Assembly (NCBI RefSeq): GCF_964204645.1
Contig: NC_134028.1
Coordinates: 3,162,001 to 3,226,000 of the forward strand
Direction: 5' to 3'
Origin: Tubulanus polymorphus
Taxonomy: Eukaryota; Animalia; Nemertea
Length of the DNA: 64,000 bases
In this document: in pieces, positions 11,615 through 21,810 of the stretch
How the letters are laid out: each line of letters starts with the position of its first letter
Numbering within the stretch: position 1 is the stretch's first letter
Notes under the pieces: generated by a model
What the model was told of the DNA's origin: nothing
The model's input: only the letters and a program-made list of their open reading frames with translations
Databases searched by the model: none
Translations under genes and position numbers: made by a program

Positions 11615-12697
11615 CTATATGCTCGTGTGAAGCCAATCTTGGATCCGTTTTTCGCGAAATCTTTTCGTCAGTTTTGTGTCAACGCCAAAGTTTTTCAACA
11701 TGCTCGAAAGTTCGTGCATTGATTCGCGGCTCTGTTCGATCATGTATTCCTGGTCATCCAAACTGTACGCTTTCGTGTGCGTACGCATCCACGTATCGTC
11801 CATGTATTTGTTTATTTCCTTGATGCCGCATCGTTTATCTGGATCGGGTTCTAACACCCGCCGCACCAGTCGCAGAAGCCGGTATCCGAACACTTGCCAA
11901 AGCAGCGGAACTTTGACCGTCTTGCGGCGTTGCCAAGTTGTGAACTCTACGAAATGATGATCCGTCTGAGCGGCTAACTGCCAAGGAAAGTTCCCCGTCA
12001 GGGCGCAAAACATAAGAACCCCCGTCGACCAAACATCGAGAGTAGGTTCGATACAATATCGTTCATTTCGTACGGTCTCGCAAACCTCAGGCGGTGTGTA
12101 TGGGATACAAGCACCGGACTTTTTCACCATAATTCCCGATTTTCGCGTCAAACCGAAATCCATCAGTTTTATTTTACTGCAATCTTTGTCGAAAACGAGA
12201 ATGTTTTCAGGTTTGATATCTCTATGCACCAGTGATTTACTGTGCATGAAATCTAACGCCGACACCAACTGTCTTAGAACGTTTTTTACGATCACTTCCG
12301 GTAGGCCAGTTTTCTGTGGAATACAGTCGAATAGATCACCGAGATGTGCGTGCTCTTGGGCAAAAATGTAATGATCATGCGTTTCAAACAATACATCATA
12401 AGTATTTACAATCGCTTGATGCGGAGACAGGTAATAACTGTATGTGAACTCACGCTGAAAGTCCGCCAAAGAGACAGTAGCTTTCGGCAACATTTTCAGC
12501 GCCACTTCCGTACCGGTTTCTTTACACACGCCTAGAACAACCTTTCCGAATGCACCGGTTCCCAATTCACTGACGATATGATAGTGGTCTTCTAGTTCTA
12601 TCTGCTGTAGGTGCTCCGATATACTGGTCCGCGGGGACGAGCAGGTTATGCTGGCTCGAGGGGACGAGCAGGCGCTCGGCGAAAGCGTCTCGGCCAT
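11615..12697 (-). CDS. Intronless SBK1-like Ser/Thr protein kinase (copy A)
   Basis: GTGAFGKV, VALK, HRDIKPEN, DFG, IPYTPPE and DVWSTG motifs. First ATG at 12697 (the ORF track starts at an upstream TTG). Confidence 0.93.
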   Translation of the reverse strand: MAETLSPSACSSPRASITCSSPRTSISEHLQQIELEDHYHIVSELGTGAFGKVVLGVCKETGTEVALKMLPKATVSLADFQREFTYSYYLSPHQAIVNTYDVLFETHDHYIFAQEHAHLGDLFDCIPQKTGLPEVIVKNVLRQLVSALDFMHSKSLVHRDIKPENILVFDKDCSKIKLMDFGLTRKSGIMVKKSGACIPYTPPEVCETVRNERYCIEPTLDVWSTGVLMFCALTGNFPWQLAAQTDHHFVEFTTWQRRKTVKVPLLWQVFGYRLLRLVRRVLEPDPDKRCGIKEINKYMDDTWMRTHTKAYSLDDQEYMIEQSRESMHELSSMLKNFGVDTKLTKRFREKRIQDWLHTSI

Positions 12698-12783
12698 TGA
12701 TATGCGCGCAAGTGTTGTCTCAGCCTTCAATGTACTAATGAAATATGCAGCCTAGTTTCACGTAAACCTCAACAGATGTTGGT

Positions 12784-12865
12784 TTTATACGGCTTATACT
12801 TTGAGTGACATCATGAATCGAATGCTTAGACCGTCATTCCCGCACCTTCTGTCCCCGTGACGTCA
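12784..12865 (-). promoter_or_regulatory. TATA box plus CRE sites upstream of kinase A
   Basis: TATAAA on minus at 12784-12789, TGACATCA at 12806-12813, half-CRE at 12832-12836, TGACGTCA at 12858-12865. Confidence 0.6.
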
Positions 12866-15800
12866 TATAAACATGACACGAGAAAAACGTTTGTCAGCAA
12901 AATGTTGGGCGACATTAATCTACTACAAATAATATCAAACCATGTAATGGAGCCGTAGGCTATCGTAAACATGAAGTTACGTCTTTTATCTGTTCAGCTG
13001 ACAATATGTGTAGTAGTCTAGCGGGTGTTTGTTACATAGTTTGTATCATCCATAATATATTTATATATTTGATTTCCACTCATTTTTCAAATTAGTTATA
13101 AATATACACATCAACTACTGGTGAACCGATTTTCGAGGAACAGCGAAAATATAGGCAAAATTCAGATTAAAACGAAGTCATATCTATATTTGAATACTGA
13201 CTCATTTATGAATGTTTTCTCTTGACGAAGGTTCGTATACACCAGTTTGAGCCAACGAAAGGGAAAAAAGAAATATCAATGAATAAAGGCGACAGATGTT
13301 CTTAGATCAGCCTTACCAGACATAGAGAATAGATAATAACATTTTGAACACATTTTTATAGTTTAGAAATTATTCATAAAGAATTAAAATCGACAGTTAA
13401 AATACATGACGTTTTCGGACACTCTCTGGAGACCATCGTCAGCGTCTCATAATCACCATAATCGTAGGTTTAACCATTTACGTGTTTTAAGCCCAACGCA
13501 CACGTCACAGGTTCATTGGGAAACATGGCATCAAACATGGTTGAAACATTATTTCCCGTAGCCGTATGTTTCTCGATTCACGTAAACGCACATGAGAACC
13601 AGCAACAACGCCTGCAAACATGTTTCTGTCATGTTTGCGGGCGTTGTTTCTAGGTGTCTAGTACGTTGGGCTTTTTCTCAAGTTCGTGATTTAACTTAGG
13701 TCCCCAGCAGTGTCAGCAAACGAATTAAGACACGGCGATTTTCTAAACTAAGCGGTTTCAATGTCTTATTGAACATACCTCTCAACAAGTTACTTGCTGA
13801 GGGGGAATGGCAGAAATGTCGTGTTCTAAGGAAGATATATCTATCTAACCAGTGTTACAACCGGTCATATACATACAAATTAGACCTGCGCAATGACGTC
13901 GAGTAAACGTACACCTTTCTTGAAATTAGTTCGCATCCTTTTCTTGATGTTCCGAGTATTCTGCGATACACCGTGTTGCTATCACCCTTGACTTTATGAT
14001 TAATACTTCTAGCCAAGTGACCTCAGTCGACGGTATATGCGATAATGTTTCTTTGTAATTTGAATCGACCCGAGCAAACTGATTTCCGTAAAAACGATTG
14101 AACGTAAGTCTCGAGCGGAAGAATTCAAATATCAAAACAAAACTGCTTACGCAGTTTCTCGTAACAACAGAGACACGCGAAGGACACGCGCATCCGCCCT
14201 CCGCCCCTCGCCTTCCTCCCTTCACCGTTTGTTGCCCAAACCAGGGTTTACTCAAGCGGAGGGAGAGTTAAATAGAGTAAACCCTGATTCAAATATCAGT
14301 TGAAATTGGGGAGAGTTGAGAGGGGGAGGATGAGAAGATAGAGATAGAGAGAGACATGGAAATGAGAGAATGAGAGAACGCAGTGGAAGGTGGTGAAACT
14401 GGAAACAGTCTTTTTCTCAGAATTTCCCCTTCGCGGGTCCTGTTAAGTAATCTAAATAAGGCATGTGATTTTCTGCGGTTGGAAAGATAATAAATACCCG
14501 TAAAGGTGTGAGTGTACATATTTATTCCGACTCGAAGTGAAAGCGGTTACTGTATAAGAATAGGTCGAGATTTTAATCGCCCTTTCGATCGCGTTTCGAT
14601 GCATTTCTCAGAAATGCCACTTCGGAAAATTGACTTATTTTCCGCTTACTTTGCTCCTTCCTAAATAAATGCCTGTTGGCGTAGATGGTGATATGTTGAC
14701 ATTTAAAATCCGCTGGCTTGAACCTAACTAACCGCAATATCAGAATCACAAAAGATCTAATGCTACCTGAATTCAGTCAGGTTTTGTTTAATGGAAACCT
14801 TAGAAAGATATGCATTCATGATGAAGATTTCTTTGAAATTGAAGCCGTGCAACCACTTGTGTAAGTGACATTTCGCTTGTTAGTGACCCATGTTTTGATT
14901 TATTGCAAGTGTATATAAAACGTATACAAAAGCGTCGATTGAAGTCGAAAACCAATTATAACATTGAATATGATTGAGACTTTCAATGTTACCTTTCATA
15001 CTTGAAAAGTTTATTAAAAGGTCGCCAGTTGATTACGTCCCGATTCATCCAAAGTTAATGAGTTCTTAATGAGTTTTTGGTAGGCTCAACAATTAAGGAA
15101 AATGAAAAATGTCATGATTATACGTATCGGATCAAGTCTAAATACATCATTAGATAACCCGTTGACAACGCTGTCTACGTCAACCAATTCATGCAATTGC
15201 AATTACCTTGTATGAACGTACTCCATGGATGAAATGAATTACAATTACAATCACAAATACGTTTCGTTCGCATCAACGAAGAAAGTCGATACATCAAGAA
15301 CGCGGAGACGAATTGATAAAAGTCTAAATGCTTCTTTAGCTGAAAAAAGAATAACGATAAATCATTTCATCGTGCCTGACTATTTTCCTAATCATCTGAC
15401 ACGTGGAGTCTATAACTGGCTTCGACTGTTTCCATTTGCAGACGTATCAATTAGCTATTTAAAGTTGTGATCGCGCTATTATCAATGGCATGTGGGAAGA
15501 ATCAACGTGACATCGGACAAGAGGAGATATTTAAATTCAACGTTGGAAATCGATGGCATTTCTAAACAACTATCATTATATACAATATATAATACATATG
15601 CAGTATGATTACAAACAAAGAAAAACATAGTTATGTTAGATACATACGAGCCTGGATGCTTGGAAAGCCAATAGAGGCTGCGTCCCATAGGGATCCAAGC
15701 ACCCAGACATCAATTCAAGAATCAATAGATGTTAAATCTAAAACATTTACATGAATCTGAATTTACAAGGCAAAATATCGAAGTTGCATTTTTCTAATGA

Positions 15801-15994
15801 CATTTCGAGGGTTAAACAAAACCTTTGAGCAATCGGCCCCTGGATTTCGGAATATCTGGTAATTCAATGTATGGTGTTATTGATGATTCGCTGGAATTCC
15901 TACCCCGGTTATCTAATTATAGAGCAGGATCGATTTATCTTGCGTTTTCACGGATAGGATTTGTCATGCAGCCTCATAACAGGTATCGTAAACC

Positions 15995-16064
15995 CACGTG
16001 ACACTGACGTCATTTCGGTGCTTCAAGAGCGCTGAATGACGTCATCTCTACGGTAAGGTATAAA
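15995..16064 (+). promoter_or_regulatory. E-box, two palindromic CREs and a TATA box upstream of kinase B
   Basis: CACGTG at 15995-16000, TGACGTCA at 16005-16012 and 16037-16044, TATAAA at 16059-16064. Confidence 0.65.
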
Positions 16065-16170
16065 CCGGTGGAACTAGGCGCTCTTTCGATAAATCTGATT
16101 ATCTTGCAGCGGCGAACGAACGGTTGCTGCGATTACTCTCCAGCACACAACCGATACTGCAAAAACGACA

Positions 16171-17211
16171 ATGTCGCTGAGTAGTAACTCAACTCCGCGG
16201 AGCAGCATATCCGATACACTGCAACAAATACACATCGATGATCATTACGATATGATACGTGATTTAGGGAATGGAACATACGGAAAGGTTGTCCTATGCG
16301 TGTGTAAAGAAACCGGTACGGAAGTGGCGCTGAAAATGTTGCCGAAAGCTACTGTCTCTTTGACGGATTTCCAGCGTGAGTTCACATACAGTTATTACTT
16401 GTCTCCGCATAACGCCATTGTAAATACTTATGATGTACTGTTTGAAACGTGCGAACATTACGTTTTTGCGCAAGAAAAAGCACCAATCGGCGATTTGTTT
16501 GACGTTATCCCTCCAAAAACTGGCCTACCGGAAGTGATCGTAAAAAACGTTCTAAGACAGTTGGTGTCGGCGTTAGATTTCATGCACAGTAAATCACTGG
16601 TGCATAGAGATATCAAACCTGAAAACATTCTCGTTTTCGACAAAGATTGCAGTAAAATAAAACTGATGGATTTCGGTTTGACGCGAAAATCGGGAATTAT
16701 GGTGAAAAAGTCCGGTGCTTGTATCCCATACACACCACCTGAGGTTTGCGAGGCCGTACGAAATGAACGATATTGTATCGAACCTACTCTCGATGTTTGG
16801 TCGACGGGGGTTCTTATGTTTTGCGCCCTGACGGGGAACTTTCCTTGGGAACGCGCCGATCAAAATGATTCGTATTTCGTCGAATTTCACACGTGGCAAA
16901 AACGCAAAACCGTAAAAATTCCAATCCAATGGAAACAATTCTCGTTACGACTGCTCAGACTATTCCGTCGAATGTTAGAATCGAAAGTGGAAAAACGCTG
17001 CTCAATACTCGAAGTGAATAAATATCTGGACGATTCGTGGACTCATCATTCAAAAGCTCAAAGTGTCGAAGACCTAGAAGATTTCATCGTACACGAAAAG
17101 ATATCAAAAAATGAACTTTCGGTCACTCTGAAGTCGTTTGGGGTGAAGACGAAGTTAAGTCCACGTATTCGCGAGCAAAGGGTGGAAGAATGGCTATTTT
17201 CGAAATCATAA
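16171..17211 (+). CDS. Intronless SBK1-like Ser/Thr protein kinase (copy B)
   Basis: 346-aa ORF with all catalytic motifs. Paralog of 11615-12697. Confidence 0.93.
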   Translation: MSLSSNSTPRSSISDTLQQIHIDDHYDMIRDLGNGTYGKVVLCVCKETGTEVALKMLPKATVSLTDFQREFTYSYYLSPHNAIVNTYDVLFETCEHYVFAQEKAPIGDLFDVIPPKTGLPEVIVKNVLRQLVSALDFMHSKSLVHRDIKPENILVFDKDCSKIKLMDFGLTRKSGIMVKKSGACIPYTPPEVCEAVRNERYCIEPTLDVWSTGVLMFCALTGNFPWERADQNDSYFVEFHTWQKRKTVKIPIQWKQFSLRLLRLFRRMLESKVEKRCSILEVNKYLDDSWTHHSKAQSVEDLEDFIVHEKISKNELSVTLKSFGVKTKLSPRIREQRVEEWLFSKS

Positions 17212-19390
17212 ATAACTATAAGTTATAAATTGTAAGATTGAATTCTTGAACTTTGACGTTGATTGCAAAAAGAGAGGATATTCGATGTTGGTGTTTTGAC
17301 ATTCCGGCCAAGCTGAAAATGTGATAGACTTTTTTACTGAAAGTGCGGACCATGACGAAGGGTCAGACTTTTTCGGGTTATTCGGGGAATAACTGAATGG
17401 GAAATTTTGAAATGTATCTGAAATCATGTGCTATTTTTCTATGTTTTATATGTGTTGCTTTAGAATATTTGAAAAGAAATACAAAACGTGATAGATTTAA
17501 ATGATTTTTGTAAGCTAATAATCGCGGGAAAATTCTAAATTGCCAATATTTGTTAAGATCGTCTTTGATAGAAATGGATTGTTGTTAGAATCAATGTTTC
17601 CCATTTCAATTGATATTCAATTGGAAAATAATCGTATTTTTGTCGATCGCATGAAATATTCGTGTTTGATTCAATGTCTATCAATGAATTGTATAAAGCT
17701 ACTGATACATTCGATAGCGTACTAACTACAGATTATATTTTCCTAGAACTAAACAAAAATGATGTCATTCATTTAATACGTTGTAATGAAATATTTATTA
17801 TGGTATCATACATTTTTGAAAATATATAGTTATACTTAGTATTATAATATATGAGTTTCTGCTTCTCGAAAAGTCGTATTCGTCATATAAGGACAAAGCG
17901 TTTAGTCGATATTTTCCGTGGTATTTGCAAATATCGACGGATCTTTCTTCTCACTCAGAATTTGTCATCATACCCTGTAAGGTAATGTATTCTGCCTTAA
18001 TCGTACTAATAGTATAGGTTTTCTCGCTGAATATGGAATTTGCTACCACGACAACGAGAGAGTAGGATACAGATTAAATTTAGAACTCCTCGTTCGTTGA
18101 AATGTCAACTAGCGACAGTTCAGTGAATAATCAATTTATCAATCGGTCGATAAACCTCTAGCTCTTACGCGTTGGACAAATCTTAGTTGTATAAATCTAT
18201 ATGCATCATGTGAATAGTCTACGGAAGTTTACTTCGTGTTAACAGTGAGCCATCGATTAGTCGCACGAAGAGTCACGGGTGACGTCCATATTGTCTAAAT
18301 TTAGATTTATTGTAATGAAAATCGAAGCTTTCGATATTATCATCCCCACCGTTACTAAATGCATCGCTCTCGAAATTCTCACTCGTCATTCAATTGAATC
18401 GTCTATATTTAGATTTGCAGCGAATATGACTAACCAAATCACCGCTAACCGTGAAACTCAAAAATGTGTCTTAATGATACTAACAACGCAGGTGGTTTTC
18501 TTGAAATGTCAAAGGTATTTTGATGTGTTTTCGTAGCGGTTGACGTAAAAGCGGGCATGTTTGAGGATTATTCGTCTCACGATGAATGTAAGGGGATCGC
18601 TTTCATAGGGAGTCATAAATTACCAAGATCTTCCCAGGAACATCACTGATTTTTCAAGGCGCCCATCGAATATTGTCCAGCCACTGAAACATCGCCGAAA
18701 CATCACTGAAACATCAAATATCATTTACAGCAATGGATATGGATGCAAAATACAGAGAATTAGATTTTGAGGAGCATGTAGAAACTAAGAAATAGTTCAT
18801 GTAAAATATGTCCCTCGAAAAGAAAAAAGTGAAGGAGTGAAGAGAAAGAGATGTATCTGAGTCTCAGAGTCGACCCTCAAAAACCCTCAAAACCACTATT
18901 GAATTTTGAATATTTTTACTGAAAACTTTCCTCTTTGACTTTTTGTGAAAACGATGTTTTATATATGTTGCCGCCGTTGCCTTGGTTTCTGATTATTGCT
19001 TGAATACATTTGATTTAATTTATTTGATGATTATCATGGTACAAATATAAATACAGAATTGTTACAAAATGTATACGTATAACGCATGGCAATCATCAGG
19101 ACCTCGGAAATAATAATGTGATTGTCAAGCCGAGGCCCTGGAGCAGATAACAAATGCAATTATGAAAAGAAGGAACATTGAGAATGATGGAATGATACTA
19201 TTTGGATGATGGGAAGATGAAAAATTCTATGTTATAGCATAGCATAAACGAGTCATGGGATTAATTGATGGTAGACCGTTATTGATTAACGGGATAATTT
19301 GAGTAGAATAGAAAAGTCCTCCCATCTCAACGAATGAGATATAATCCCTGAAAAGATAAGCATTTCTGCATATAATAAATTTCTACACAT

Positions 19391-21540
19391 TTATAGTACA
19401 TCTTCAACCTGAATTTCAATTGCGCTTTTATGATGCATCCAATGCATGTTACAGAAATGGATATATTTCCTTTGCTCGCTGTGTTCCCTCCAGGTACTCA
19501 CATTTGGCCTGGCCGAAAATAGAGGAACATCTCCCTCGTATCGATTTATGAGCTGTCTATTGCGTACACGCGTATCAATTTTCACGAAGTGTCGAATGTA
19601 TATATCTGGTTACTAATCTAAACTCGTCATCAGTATTCTATTAATAGCGTGAAAACGGGTTAGTGCATTATGTACGCCCGTTGAAAATGTCGCAGGAAGA
19701 CAGGCAGTTGTTAGCATAATTCTCACTTACATGCCTTCATAGTGGGTATTGACGTAATAAATAAATCATTCTTGTTCTGAACTTTTGCTTAACCGTTATG
19801 AAACATCTCATAAAAACTTTTATCATGCGTGACTGTTCCGCTGTAATTTTTCACGGATTGATTCCAGGAATCGAGGGCATTTTTTTCATAATTACATTCA
19901 AGTACTGCTGGTCCTTGCAATTTGAAATTGAATTTCCGATCGGAAATTACTCGTAAAATGGCACCCGCTGTATAAGGCTGAATGGAAGCGAAAAGCAGCA
20001 TGGTCTAATGAAGCTCGGCTGTCATCTGGTATGGTCTCGTTTGGTTACCTCCTATCGTTAATGATGGCAGTTATGATCCACTCTGTGTCGGCAGCAGATA
20101 CAGATGACTATCATCGATTTTGATGTTTCCAGGAATATTGTCTGCAATCACCATCTTATTCATCTTGTCACGAATTCCTCTCATCGGTCATACCATAGAC
20201 GTGTAGATCCCCCGTAACGTCGCCGACTTTCTTTCAACTATGGATCGACATCAACACAATTGAAACACCGAGCGGCTCCTCATCCGATGAGTCTGAATCC
20301 ACAGCCCTGATGTTGCCATCCACATCACAGTACAATCGGGGACACTATGAAGTTTCTGGAAACAACGGATATTATAGAAACCACTGATATTTTTCAACCA
20401 CAAGAAATAACGCATTCCATAGAAACTGAGACAAAACCATGAGACTTGAATAGGATATTATTTATCGGTACCCTCATTAAAACAATTTAGAGAGGTGCGT
20501 TGAGGCTGTCTTAATATAGGCCAATTCTTTGATGGCAAATAATGATATACTATGAGAACTATTAATATATACTGGTGGTTTGCATTGTCTTAGACATCGT
20601 CTTTTCAAAATAACTAATCAAATACAAGTGTCTGTAATCAGTTACAGGTTTCACTAGCCTACGCCTATTCGTAACAATAGTCGCAAATGAATTATGAACG
20701 AAAATTAAATGTGTGGGTGGCTAAAATGTCCTTTTCATTCATAAACCACACCTGTTGCACGTGTAGGAAATTCCATGTGACCATAAATTACGATCGGAGA
20801 CAAGATACATGGCTTTCTTACACTATTATCTGAATGATAGTTCCCTCTTGGATTAATCATTTGACTTATCATGGTCTGTGTAATTAGTCGGTCTATGGTC
20901 ATGGTACGTATCTCAGAAACACCAATATGATTTTGTTTACTTCGCCGGTTATGGGCAAATCATATATTCATGGGAAGATAAAACATCTGGGAGCATCTCC
21001 CAACCTTTCGTCACCTAATTTTTCTCAAAACCGCTGCAGACCATTGTTCCCAGCCGGTCGAATTACAGACTATAAATATCAGATTGACACTTGATTACAT
21101 TGCGGGGGCCGGATGATGAGATTCCTGAGCGAGTCACCCGTCATCAGCGAAAGTATGGCACAAGAATCGATAGAATAAGCGGTAGTGCTTCTGCTTAAGT
21201 ACGGGGTAGTTGCTTTTTGCAAAACACGGGCGGCGATTTATTTCCTTTCCGATGGCCGTAACACGTGGAAGACAAACATCTCTTCGCAGGAAGAACTTCA
21301 CACTCATTTGCACCGATTTGCAATGGCGTTGGTACCTGGCCCACCAGCCTGTCACGACTCCCGAGTAACTGCCTTCCAAAATTTGAAATCGCACGACGAC
21401 CACGGTGTCATACTCGGCGACGTGCATTCTACCGGTTGCGCGATAAGATCAGCATAAAACTCTTCTTGGGCGTTTTCTAGACTAGAGACATTCTGGAGGC
21501 CCAAACGTGCTGTTTTTCTCCAACTAACTGTGACCACCAT
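19391..21540 (-). pseudogene. Probable decayed multi-exon gene of unknown family
   Basis: Coding-like blocks at 21540-21138, 20355-19794 and 19605-19391 with donor/acceptor sites. The 19794/19605 junction is phase-compatible, but there are internal stops and frameshifts. Confidence 0.4.
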
Positions 21541-21810
21541 AAAGAGAATAATGAAACAAGATATAAAGTCCGAGAACTATTCCTGACTTGAAGAGACTAT
21601 TAGAATATAGCCGAAACATCGAATAAACTCATAGTCCAATGCCGGACTCAAAATTGGTTATTATTTGCGGGATTTCTCTCAGGAGAATGCTACCGCCGCG
21701 ACAGAAACCGATGCACCGGTTTTTACTGAATAAAGTTTGGCTTGAATTTAATTGACGTGCGAATCCGTCCGGTGCTGCCCTCTTTCTAATAAAGGAAAAC
21801 CAAAGCAAAG

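Noticed and set aside
11676-16938. Paired ORFs MYGIQAPDFF... antisense to the kinases
   Set aside because: Shadow frames of the near-identical kinase cores.
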